From positions 13,627,186 through 13,691,185 of the forward strand of contig OZ316895.1 of assembly GCA_973895155.1 (NCBI GenBank): a stretch of 64,000 nucleotides of DNA, read 5' to 3'. Made by a program: the position numbers and the translations under genes. How positions within the stretch are numbered: position 1 is the first letter of the stretch; each line of letters opens with the position of its first letter. Source of the DNA: Marsupella aquatica. Taxonomy: Eukaryota > Plantae > Marchantiophyta. Shown piece by piece: positions 10,355-21,100 of this stretch. The notes beneath the pieces are model-generated. The model was not told the origin of the DNA. It made no database searches and saw only the letters and a list, made by a program, of their open reading frames with translations.

Positions 10355-13348
10355 TTAATTCCTTGCCGATGATCGATGGCGTTGTGGACCCCGTCGGCTC
10401 TGCCACAACGCCTGCAGAAAATCCACTGTCCCTGCTACTGCTCCCCACTTAGCCGTTTCATCCAATTGGTCTACATCCTTTACTTCCTCCGGAATTGCAG
10501 CTAAAAAGGTGGATTCTATTGTAAAGCAGTCCTCGACCTCTTCGTCTTCTTCTTCCAAGTCACCTTCCATTGGTTCTTGCCATAATCCGCTGGGGGCTAC
10601 CTCTGGTCCAAAGACACCTTCTTCGGTTAGGTTAGTGAGGCATTCTAACCAACGTACTTCATCGGCTGACTCCAGTCCACTGTCGTACCCATCTACTTCC
10701 CTTATGCTTTTCCTACGGTCATCCTTAGTGTCCCAGGATACCGTGATAGAGGGGGTCCCGAAAGTGAACTGCTTTTTACCCCAATCTTCTATTACCTCGG
10801 CTAGGTACAGCCATGGCCTACCAATCAATAGCCGGAATGACGTAGGATTTACCGGCTTCATTACTACATAGTTAATGCTAAAGAAGATACCTCCTATCTC
10901 TGTCTTGATGCCGGTTAACACTCCCGTCGGAATGACCTGATATCCATTGGCCATGTTCAACACTCTTCCAGTCATCTCCGGTGTTAGACCCCACCCTTTT
11001 ACTGTTGAATCAATCATAATACATACCCCTGATCCTCCATCGATGGGTATCCGTAGTAATAATTCTCCTTGAATCATTAATGGTAATGCTGGGGCTCCTT
11101 GATCTTCTTCTATCATTAGTACGTCGGATCTGGTTGCTACCTTGGGTAATCTCGGCTTGCCGAGAATAGCCTTCCTTAATTGCTTCCGGAAATACGGGCT
11201 ATTTTTCAATAGTTGACCTACTGTTGCCGAGACTCTAGATTCTAGTACATCTTTAGCCAGGTCATAGGGAACAATCGGCTTCTCTTCTGGTGGTGTTTCC
11301 GTCTTGGATTCGGCCAGTTTTGCCACGCTAGTCTCCACAGCTGTTGGGTCTTCCGAAGCAAACAATGCTTTTGCTCGTTTTACATCCTTGGCAATGGCTT
11401 CGGTATTCTCCAGGGTTTCTAATTCTCTTAGTTGTTCCTTAACACTAGCCGTAACAGAGGGGTAGAACAACTTAGGATGATCTCGATTGAAGTCGCTATC
11501 TTGTGAAGGATTGGTTTCACGGGTGGGCTCATGGCTTACCTGTATTGCCGGAGCCCTCCCTTCTCCTTCTGTTGATGTTGACGAAGAGTCGATCCTTTCC
11601 TCCGTAACCTTCCCTTTATTTTTGGCCAGCCCATCCCACCTTTCCTTCCTTCTGGTAGATCGAGTAGAGACCCGGTAGCAATCATGATCTAAATCCTCCT
11701 CTGAGAAGGTTGATAGGGCTTCGGCCTCATCAGCAGATGGTACGAACTCTGCCTCGGCATCCTCTTGCCATCCTAGTTCGATGTGGTTGATTTGAACTCC
11801 TCCGGGGGTAGTACCTGGCGGTAAGATCTTGATCGGCAAAAGCTTATGATTTGCGGCCAGGCCTGCCAACCAAGTAGGACATTGCCCTAGCATATGACCT
11901 TCCTGTCGGCATCCCATACATAGCTGAGCTGGTTGTCCATCACCCTGTTTGCGTGCATTCGGGCATTCTCTAGCAAAATGGCCAGGTTGACCACAATTAT
12001 AGCACGCCGCAAATCTTTGCACATTCGGCCTAGGAGGTACTGACGGGTTCTGAATAATCCGAGGATACATCTCTCCTGGATTGTTCCTTAACCCTGACCA
12101 CAGAGATGTAGGTCTGTTGGATAGGTCTCGTGCTCCAGTCTCACTGATGCCGAAAACACTATCAGCGGCATCTCCTAAAAAGTACTCTACTTCTCCCTGA
12201 CATGGTCTGATCTCGGCCACATGCCGAACATGATTAGTATTAAGCTTAGGACACGCATCTTTATGGTGTCCGGTTTTATAACATAAGGCACACCATACAG
12301 AGCTATCCTCCTGTACTACCTTCTTCTTTGGTTTTACCTCTGCAATGATAGCCTTAAGTTGCTCGGTAAGGGCTACGATGTTATCTGGTGGCTTAGCCTC
12401 CATCTTGACTTTCGTCTTCCCTCTCCTTCTGCCCTTCCTTTTCCTAGTTTTTTCTTCTTCAGAACTAGAAGATGACTCACTCTTGCTACTCCCACTATCC
12501 GAGCTTGACTTATCACTTCTAGACTTCTTGGGATGTTTCTTCTTCTTATCTTTTTTCTTATGGGGTGATCCCTCCTCTGATGAGGAACTCTCAGACTTAA
12601 GCTGTTTCTTTCGGCTTGTGATATCTGCATTAATGTATAATTGAATATCCTTAATTGCTTCGGCTAAAGTCTCCGGGTTCTCCTTCCTAATTGCAAAACT
12701 CATCTTCTATGGCAAAGCATTCACCAACCATTGAAGTTGCATACCTTCAGATGCATTGGTCTTTGTACGTCTTACCAGTTTCTGAAAGCGTTGCAAGAAC
12801 TTCCTGAAGGATTTGTTCTCCTTGAACCGAAGTTGTCCCAACTTCAGCACTGCTAGTTCTGAAGTTCCAATGGGTCGAAACTCCTTAACAAAGAGTGTTT
12901 TGAAGATATCCCAGATGACTTGATCTTCCACATCTAATGCTCTGTACCAAGGCCTAGCCTCACCCTTGAACAGGCCGGGAAGAATCTGCATCTTGATGGC
13001 CGATTCTCCATTTGCTGCAGCGGTTCCCTCGAAATCATCCAACCATTCGTCCGGATCCTCATCTCCTCTCCCATGAAATGCCTTGTAATGTATGCGCGAC
13101 CGCTGGCTCAATCTGGTCCCTGGCCTCTCGTCTGGCCGTGCCTCTGGTTCCCCCATGTCGGTTGGAGACTCACTTCTCCTTACCGACTCTTCTTCTGGTA
13201 TGTCTTCTTCGACGCCACTTCCAGTTTCGGAGCTACCAGCTCTTTCTGCCCCTCTCAGTCGCTGTGTATCATGCCACCCGGCGAGCTGCTGCAGTCGAGC
13301 TCTCTCCCGTTGAATCACTCTTTCTTCCCTCGGCGTAAGGTCAGTCAT
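10355..13348 (-). pseudogene. gag: gag-protease ORF with one in-frame TAG (12707-12709)
   Basis: Capsid-like FHGRGDEDPDEWL...FKGEARPWY, three CX2CX4HX4C knuckles, aspartic protease IDGGSGVCI and LLIGRPWL. The 213 aa and 782 aa ORFs are in one frame, separated by TAG-AAG. Confidence 0.9.
10365..10424 (-). promoter_or_regulatory. Putative -1 programmed ribosomal frameshift signal
   Basis: G GAT TTT (10424-10418), 5-nt spacer, perfect 10-bp stem GGCGTTGTGG/CCACAACGCC, loop GCCGA complementary to downstream TCGGC. pol is in the -1 frame. Confidence 0.8.
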
Positions 13349-13395
13349 TACCTACGCTTCCGTTCTAACTTCATATCTCACGGCTTAAGAAATGC

Positions 13396-13413
13396 CCCCT
13401 CCATCTAGCGCCA
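13396..13413 (-). promoter_or_regulatory. Primer-binding site
   Basis: TGGCGCTAGATGGAGGGG, 4 nt after the LTR CA end. The CA-TTTT-TGGCGC spacing is typical of Athila/Tat. Cognate tRNA not assigned. Confidence 0.8.
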
Positions 13414-13417
13414 AAAA

Positions 13418-16400
13418 TGTGGTGCGTCCCATGGCTCCCTAAACCCAAGAAACCCCCCAGCTCAAGCCGATTCCCGCAGGTTTCGTGCTTGGCGAGGCCG
13501 TTTCCGCGGCTTAGCGGCATGGGACGCTGCTAACCTTCTACTACTACTATTAACATTTTACACACATATACTGGACAGATCCTTCATCGGGTCATGAGAT
13601 ACGTAGCCGGCCTAATATAGGCCTTCCCCTGTCTTCCCCTGTCTTCCCCTCCGTCTTGTTAGGTATGTTTGGATTCCGCCGCCGGAATGATCCCCAATAG
13701 GCTTGGTTAAGCCGCTAAGACCTCTCTTAGCTCGACACATCCAACTCTCACTCCCCTGCTTACTTTCCTTCCTTCTGTTGATGTGGGCACTCTTCACACA
13801 AGTTAATGCGACACACAAATAGCAAAATGACTCATTCTGACTGAGTCATACCATGCACTTGCCATACAAACAGTACATCTCATACACAAGTTCTGCGAAC
13901 TAAGCCGTGAGGCCAACTCTATTCAGCTCTTAGGCATGAGGAAACATGAATATACACAAGGGTCACTGTATGACTAACCGAGAGCTTCTCGTACTACTTG
14001 ATCCCAGCCCGGCTGGTGCAAACTAAAAACTTGCTAAAGAAGAGGCCCTGAGCTCCCCGCTGCCCAGGTACTTATCCTGGTAGTGGATCCGCCATTCTTT
14101 GCATCGTAAGCCTAATCTACTTAACAGTAATCTACTTGCCCGAATCTACCTACGTACAGCAAGGCAGGAGCACAAGTGTTGCTCCTACCAGTGGGACCGC
14201 AATCCCACTAAGCTAAGTGTCAGGGCCGCTCCTGGTTCTGATCCTAATCCTAAACGTGGAGATCCGCGCCCGCCCTGCCCACTCACGCCTCCTCCCTCCA
14301 CGTCCGCCCTCCCTAAAAGGAACGGCGCCCTTGCACCGTCACGACACCGGTGGTGGATCCTTAATGGACGCCCCCAACGCTTCCTCCTCAGCCACTGCCG
14401 TAGGCTCATTCCCTGATAGATTACCTGCCCTTGACTGAGTCAACTCTCCATCGGCCTGACTGGGTCCACCATCGGCGTCAGCATCGGCTCGAGAATCGGT
14501 TACGGCCTCAGCCTCGGCTACGGTCTCCCCGGCCTGCTCAAGAGGCGGATCTGGAATACTGGCCTCCTTACTGAGTAGTTCGGCTTGGGCCGCACCATCC
14601 CTACCTGTGATCATAGCGGGATCTATTGCCGTATTCATGTCGGAGGATGGTGCTGGTTCTACCTCTTTGGTCACCACGGCTTGTGGAGTCGGATTACTCC
14701 TTGACCCTGAAGGTTTCCGCTTTTTCTTCTTTTCTGGTTCGGCAGCTGGTCCCTTCCCCTTCCCACTTACCTCCGGCACTGGTGCAGTTGGCACGGCTTT
14801 TTCTTCGGCCAGTACCACTCCTGGTAACTTGGTTGCCCCAATTGGAGTTGGGCCTGATGAAGACAAGCACCTAAATATTGCGGCTTGTTTCTTCAGCCGC
14901 TCCGTTTGGTTGTCGGCCCGCCGCTGGAGGTTCTCCATCTTCCTCGTGATTTCCTCCAACTCCTCTTGGGTCTCATCCAGGTCCTTGCGTGCCTCCTCTA
15001 GTTCCTTCTGGGCTTCCTCCCGTTCTTGTTTCAAGGTAGTCCTCTCCTCCTGGGTTGCTTTTAGCTCCTTGTCGAGCTCTGCAATGATGACAGACTCCAT
15101 CTGGTTCATCTTGGCGTAAGTCTGTTCGAGCATCTCGTCCTTCTCCCTTAGGTCGGCCTTGAAGCTGGCCGTCAGGGACGCAAGCTCCTGCTGCAGCGCC
15201 ATAATCCCTTGATAGGATTTCCCTAACTCGGCCTCCTTCTGCTCAAGGGCTCCGCGGATTTTCTCGAGCTCCCCTTTCAACGCCCATTCCTTTCTTTGGG
15301 TCTCCGCCATGGCCCGGCTGTTGGCTGTTATGTGGGCCTCCTCTGTATTCTTCAGCTCTTGCTTCCACTTCTCCCTCTCTTTGATCGTGTCGGCCAACTC
15401 TTCCTGCGTCTGAGTCAGTTTATCCTTGATATTCTGATTATCAGCCTGCGCGGTGTCCAACTGCCCCTGCATGATGTTCAGCTCATGTCGTTTAATCCGC
15501 AGTTCATCTTGGGCTTTCTTGGCCGCCCTTAGATCTTCAATCTCGGCTTCCATCCTCCTAAGCCGCCGAATGACCTCGTCCTTCTTGCTTCTCTCTAAAG
15601 CCACCGCTTCTTCTAATTGGTGCTTCTCCAACTGCTCCCTATGGAAAAAGGGTCCTACTTCCAACTCCTCTCCAAAGATGCCGAGCGCAAGTTCCCCACA
15701 CATCTCACCATACTCCATGGCTCTATTCTTAGCGTAGGTGGAGTAAGTAGAAGTGATCGGCATCGCCCATCGCGGCCTCTGCTCCCAAGCCGTCCTACGG
15801 ATCTCTTCAATCGTGGCTAGAGGTTTGCTTCCTTTTTTGGCTAGCCGCCTGATGTCCTCCGGCCAATCTCCTCCTGGTAAATCCTTTTCCTTAGCCAGGG
15901 CGGCCTCCTCCTCCTGCTTGATTCGCTCCTGAAATTCCTGCACCATCTGTTTTATGCCGTCGAAGCTCGGGGGAGCAACATCTGGTGGGGGAGACTCAGG
16001 GCTACTCTGCTGGTTGGGGTCCCCTCGCACTACCCTTGGAAGTGTGGGGACAAACCGGCCACAGGTCCTTACTCCTGGAACATGATGGTCCGACCCATAG
16101 CCGGAATTATCATGGCTGCAGTCCTCCACTGTCTCCTCTACCTCTTGGACGTCCGGCTTCTCCCTCTCCTCTTCGTCGGTAGGAGCTTCAGGCAATTCTG
16201 CCTCAGATTCGGAGCTTGAGGTTCCTACGTACATTCGAACACCTGGCTTGGATTCCGGCCTGATTCTCTCCTTGTCTCCAGCAAAGGGGTTTTCTCTTGT
16301 GAGCCGGTATAGGCCTACCTCTGTAGTAGTGTCCTGCATTGTTGCCGTTGCCGTTGTTGTTGCCGATGCCGATTTCTTTTCTTTCTCCAGTAGTTTCAGC

Positions 16401-18086
16401 AGACTCTGCATGCCTGGTTGCTGCATCGGCAAGTCTTCCTTCCTGGGCCTAAACACCTGCTCGATCGTAGGACTAACAGGTGGTTGAGGCTTCTCAGCCA
16501 ACGGCCTCGGCGTTGGAGCTTCCTCGGGTGCCCTTACCTGCAGGGGAAGTACCGGGGCAAAAGTCTGACCTCTGGCATACCGGCACAACAGCGGCATGTG
16601 ATAGCCCAGCCGCGACACGCTCCCCATGCCGATTACCTGCTGCTCCTCCTTTAAGATCTTCTTCAATTGGTTGAGGAGGTACCCGTTGTAGTCCCGGCTT
16701 GGGTCTGGCCTTTCTGCCAGATAGACCTGTGCCTTGCCGATCTCTGCCCTCGGCAAGTTACAATGCATGGTCACCCGCAAGAAGTCGATCATCTCTCCTA
16801 TGTGCGGGTTGGTGCAGGTGTTCCGGAAGAAGCCATTCTTCGTTGATGGCCCGGGGAACGACCGGAACTCCTTGTCAGGCAAGGTCTTCCTGGTATCAAC
16901 TTTGGTCTTATTGCCTATCGGCAGGCCAAACACTTCGGCAATTACCTTGGGAGTAAGATAGAAATCCTTCCCATATATCCTCGTGCAATTGGTCTCGGGT
17001 TCCCATGACCCCACGAATTCTAATAGGTCTGACTCCGGTACCTCCGGCTTCAGCCATGGTAATCTTACAAAGGCCTCCAAGCCGGATCCGGCCATGAAGC
17101 CTTGGTATCTCTTGGTCTGCATGGCCGTAAAGCATGCATCCTCCTCCCGTGCAAAATGTAGTTGCACCTCCACCGGTAGGGTTGCCGCCCAGCCTTTCCA
17201 GGTGTCATCCCTGGTTGGAATGGCCTTGATGGGATCGACCTCCTCCTCTTCGGCTTCTCCCTGCCTCCTGCTCTGCTGCTCGGCTGGCTTCTTTGGTGCC
17301 GCCGACCTCGTTCTTTTTGCCGGGGTGGCTTCATCGTTGACGGCTCCCTTCCTCTTCATCTCTGCTGCCGTGGAGGTTTCTCCTAGCACCGTTGCCTGGG
17401 TCCACCTTTCCGTGCTACCCTTTAATTCCCAGTGTATGTCGTTGCAGTTCTTGATGGCCTCTCGGATGCCGACGACGCTGTCTTTGCAAAACAGAAGATC
17501 GTCGAGTTGATTGGAAGTAGGCGTCCACAGGAACTCGTCCTTGATGAGTTCGCCTCCTAAGAAAGTCGTCTTCTGTAGCTCCCACAATCGAGCGAGCTCC
17601 TGCCGTTCTCGAGCTGCCCTTTCTGATTCCTCATCCTCGTAAGTCTTGATGTACTCAGTTGCCCGTTCGAACAGGCATCCCCAGAAATGTGCCGCTTGAT
17701 TGACGTTGCTCATACCCTCCTTAGGTCGATTGTCGGTATCTACTCTCTCCCCGAGTGCTTGCCTAAGCAGCTGACAGTAGTTGGCCTCCCGTAGTCGTCT
17801 GCCTAGTTCGTGCTAGCAAATGAGCCACCATCTCCTGCAAGCGCTCCTTACCCCTCCCCTCTGCCGGTCCTTCTTCCCGTTGATCCTTCCTAGCCGCCGA
17901 CGCTTAACGCGCCCTAACCCTAATCGGGTTTTCACCCTCAGCCTTACCTCCGGCCTCTGCCCGGGTTCCATGGTTGCCCCTAATTGTTTATATTTTCCTT
18001 GTTTTGTCCCTATACTAAGGTGTTCCTAGGGTGCCTTCCTGCTTTACCCACTTAACCGGCCGAGTGATTCCTGTCTAGGCATCACA
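13418..18086 (-). repeat. 5' LTR (4,669 bp)
   Basis: Minus strand starts TGTGATGC and ends GCACCACA (7/8 terminal inverted repeat), followed by TTTT and a PBS. Identity with the other copy stops exactly at 18086. Confidence 0.9.
14339..17713 (-). CDS. LTR-encoded accessory protein, 1,124 aa (5' LTR copy)
   Basis: Near-identical to 3451-6825. The upstream 86-codon extension is broken by a TAG near 17814. Confidence 0.85.
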   Translation of the reverse strand: MSNVNQAAHFWGCLFERATEYIKTYEDEESERAARERQELARLWELQKTTFLGGELIKDEFLWTPTSNQLDDLLFCKDSVVGIREAIKNCNDIHWELKGSTERWTQATVLGETSTAAEMKRKGAVNDEATPAKRTRSAAPKKPAEQQSRRQGEAEEEEVDPIKAIPTRDDTWKGWAATLPVEVQLHFAREEDACFTAMQTKRYQGFMAGSGLEAFVRLPWLKPEVPESDLLEFVGSWEPETNCTRIYGKDFYLTPKVIAEVFGLPIGNKTKVDTRKTLPDKEFRSFPGPSTKNGFFRNTCTNPHIGEMIDFLRVTMHCNLPRAEIGKAQVYLAERPDPSRDYNGYLLNQLKKILKEEQQVIGMGSVSRLGYHMPLLCRYARGQTFAPVLPLQVRAPEEAPTPRPLAEKPQPPVSPTIEQVFRPRKEDLPMQQPGMQSLLKLLEKEKKSASATTTATATMQDTTTEVGLYRLTRENPFAGDKERIRPESKPGVRMYVGTSSSESEAELPEAPTDEEEREKPDVQEVEETVEDCSHDNSGYGSDHHVPGVRTCGRFVPTLPRVVRGDPNQQSSPESPPPDVAPPSFDGIKQMVQEFQERIKQEEEAALAKEKDLPGGDWPEDIRRLAKKGSKPLATIEEIRRTAWEQRPRWAMPITSTYSTYAKNRAMEYGEMCGELALGIFGEELEVGPFFHREQLEKHQLEEAVALERSKKDEVIRRLRRMEAEIEDLRAAKKAQDELRIKRHELNIMQGQLDTAQADNQNIKDKLTQTQEELADTIKEREKWKQELKNTEEAHITANSRAMAETQRKEWALKGELEKIRGALEQKEAELGKSYQGIMALQQELASLTASFKADLREKDEMLEQTYAKMNQMESVIIAELDKELKATQEERTTLKQEREEAQKELEEARKDLDETQEELEEITRKMENLQRRADNQTERLKKQAAIFRCLSSSGPTPIGATKLPGVVLAEEKAVPTAPVPEVSGKGKGPAAEPEKKKKRKPSGSRSNPTPQAVVTKEVEPAPSSDMNTAIDPAMITGRDGAAQAELLSKEASIPDPPLEQAGETVAEAEAVTDSRADADADGGPSQADGELTQSRAGNLSGNEPTAVAEEEALGASIKDPPPVS

Positions 18087-18111
18087 GCGGCGCTAGATTC
18101 TTGGTCAAGCA

Positions 18112-21100
18112 ATGGACCTGAATTGTTTGACTTGGATTATCAGCTTGGGAGTAGCTGAACAGTTGTGGATGCGCTCTGCTGGAATTACTGATTGTCCCTT
18201 GGTGAGCTTGCGGTCCACTGAGACAGTATTGACCACAGCTGGGGGCGAGCAGACAGTCCATGGACCTATGGCAGGATTGGCCAAGGCTGGACAGATTGTT
18301 GAGCAGGAAGGGACTGCTCAATCTACTGCTAAATAGCAATCATCGACTATCTCTTCTACCCTACAAAGAGATATTAGGGATTTGGTGGAGAGTTGGGAAC
18401 CACAGCTTGGCCCTAAGTTGACAGGGAAGGAGAAACGTCGCATGCATCGATTCTTGAAGAGTTACTGGAATTGTTTTGCATTTAGCATGAAAGATTTGGG
18501 GACATTAAAGGGTCCTGGTATTCAGATTGAATTGGCTAGTGATGCGTCAATCTTTCGTAGGCCATACCATTACAGTGACATGGAGAGAGCTCTGATTCAA
18601 AGCAGAACTCAAGATTTGTTGGAGGCTGGATTGGTGGAGATTTCATATGGGGAGTATGCATCTACCACAGTGATGCCAGCCAAGAAGGATGTGCATGGCA
18701 ATTACATAGATAGGCGCATGTGTGGTGATTACAGACCCATTAATCGCCAGATAAAATCTGATAGATATGCTATGCCCACACCTGAGGAGATCTTTGATGC
18801 TGTGGGCATGCAAAGGTTTTCAGTTCATTGGATCTGAGGGCAGGGTACCATCAGCTTCCAATTAGGCATGCTGACAGGTCCAAGATAGCATTCTGGGGGA
18901 TTGATTCTTTATGGCAAAGATCGTTTGTATCAATGGTTATTCTTACCATTTGGGTTGAAGAATGCACCAGCTGAGTTCTAGAGAGTCATGGATCGAATCC
19001 TTGCAGGTTTGGATTTTGTCAGATGTTATATTGATGATATTTTGGTCTATTCTTCTACTGTGGAAGAACATCAACAGCACTTGCAGATTGTGTTGGAGAG
19101 ATTGAGAGCACATGGGTTGAAGCTCCATCCTAGCAAGTGTAAGTTCTTCCAAGACCAGATTGAGTATTTGGGCCACACTATATACCCAGGGGGATTGGGT
19201 GTACAACAGACTAAAGTGGAGGCCATTACACAGATTCCTTGTCCTACTGAGGAGTAGAGTTCGTGCATTCTTGGGATTGGCAAGCTACTACAGGAGGTAT
19301 GTTAAAGGATTTAGCCAGCTTGCTAAACCTTTGACCATACTCACTAAGTTGGATCAGGAATGGATTTGGGGTGATGACCAGGAGCATGCCTTTCAGGAGT
19401 TGAAGCAAAGGTTGGCATCATCCCCTATTTTGAGAAGACCCATTTCAGGCACACCATTTTAGCTACACATTGATTGGAGTGGAGTAGGACTTGGAGCAAT
19501 GCTGACTCAGAAAGATGATGAAGGGCATGAGTTTGTTGTGGCATATGCCAGTAGATCAAACAATTCAGCAGAGGCTAAGTATAGCTCTTATGAGGGAGAG
19601 TGTTTGGCAGAAGTGTGGGCTGTGGCACACTTCCGCTGTTACTTGTTTGGTAATCCCTTCACTTTGATCACTTATCATCAGCCTTTCAAGTGGTTAATGG
19701 AGTCTGACAAGCTTACGGGGAAGCTTGCAAGATGGGCATTGTTGTTATAGGAATATAATTTCCAGGTTGTACATAGACCTAGAAAGGTGAACTTGGATGC
19801 AGATGGGTTGAGCCGCAACCCATGTACCAGTCAGTAGGATGAGACTGGAGCCAGATGGCATGATGAGTCAGATAAGGAGATGGTGCCAGGATGACATGCA
19901 TCTGCCTTTCTTTGTTGGGTGCCAGCATACAGTGGATCTGTGGACTCTATCTCATTGGATGGAGTGGATGATGAGTCTTCAGATGTGGATGTTGGTGAGG
20001 TAACTTCTGGACAACAAGATATTCACAATGATGTGAGAGTGTTGGAATATCTACACAATGGTTCTATTGTTGGCAGTGTTGATGCCAAAGAACATGACAG
20101 GGTTCTGCAAAGAGCCAAGAGATTTCGATGGGAAGGAAACCATCTTCTGAGAGTACTGCATGATGGCAGGGTGTTGGTGGTACCAAAACCATCACAACGA
20201 GTACATTTGGTGCGACATGTGCACGAGGAGTTGGGTCACTTTGGTGTGAAGCGCACTTACAGCTTGCTACAGACAGTATTGGTGGCGTGGTATGCACACT
20301 CATGTCTAGTAGTTGATAGCAAAGTGTGTGGTATGTGATAGAGTGAGAGCATCATTTAATGCTCCCACTCCCCAGTTGCACCCGTTGCCGATCATGGGTT
20401 TGGGATATCGTTGGAGTTTGGATTTTGCTGGTCCATTACCTCTTACCCAACGTCATAATCGGTATGTTTTGGTCATGGTGGAGCACTTCTCCAAGTGGAT
20501 TGAGCTAGTGGCGTTGCCCGATAAAGCTAGTGGAGGAGTTGCTGCTACATTTTTGGATCGTGTACTCAATCATTTTGGAGCACCAACTGAGATGTTGACT
20601 GATCAGGGAATTGAGTTCCGTGGAGAGTTTGAGAGTTTGTGTGAACAAGCTCTGATTGATCATCGTACTACCTCTCGTGATCATCCTGAGGCAGATGGAT
20701 TAGCTGAGAGAGTTGTGCAAACTGTGAAGAGAGGATTGCGTAAGTATGGCTTGCAGGTTGATCATCTGGGAGATTGGGATCTCCAGCTACCTTGGTTAGC
20801 TATGGGCTACCGTTTCAATCGGCAAGCATCACTTGCATCCTTCTCACCTTACTTTTTGCTCTATGGTAGAGAGCCAAATTTGCCAGCAGCTATTCGTCGT
20901 GATGCTGCACCAGTTGTGAACTTGGATGATCCTGATGTTTGGATCAAGGCGTGTTCAGAGAGAGCACGGGTATTTCAGAGAGTGATGCCCATGGCTTTTG
21001 ACAGCCTTGCCATTGCCCAACATCGTGATACTTTGAGGTATGCCACTATTTGTGGAGGAGGTTACCGTGCAAGTATTCGACGATTTCATCCTGGTGATTA

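Larger units (their letters stand above)
7187..10424 (-). pseudogene. pol: pol (RT-RNase H-integrase), disrupted
   Basis: RT FIDD; RH VDVSGFCIG/ERNYSTTERE/TDH; INT WGIDYIGP, SDRGTHF, NGLTER, GPF. Frameshift at ~8640 (apparent 5-nt loss in LQ[EF]DYE) and stops at ~8232 and ~8172. Confidence 0.92.
1..18086 (-). mobile_element. Tandem array of an Athila-like Ty3/gypsy LTR retrotransposon (LTR-internal-LTR-internal..., continues past the left edge)
   Basis: 1-7198 repeats at 10889-18086 (offset 10,888). Domain order gag-PR-RT-RH-INT. RT DYRKLNEATLKDHFPLPF...DGYSGYNQI...FIDD resembles Athila; no additional RNase H or chromodomain seen. Confidence 0.95.
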
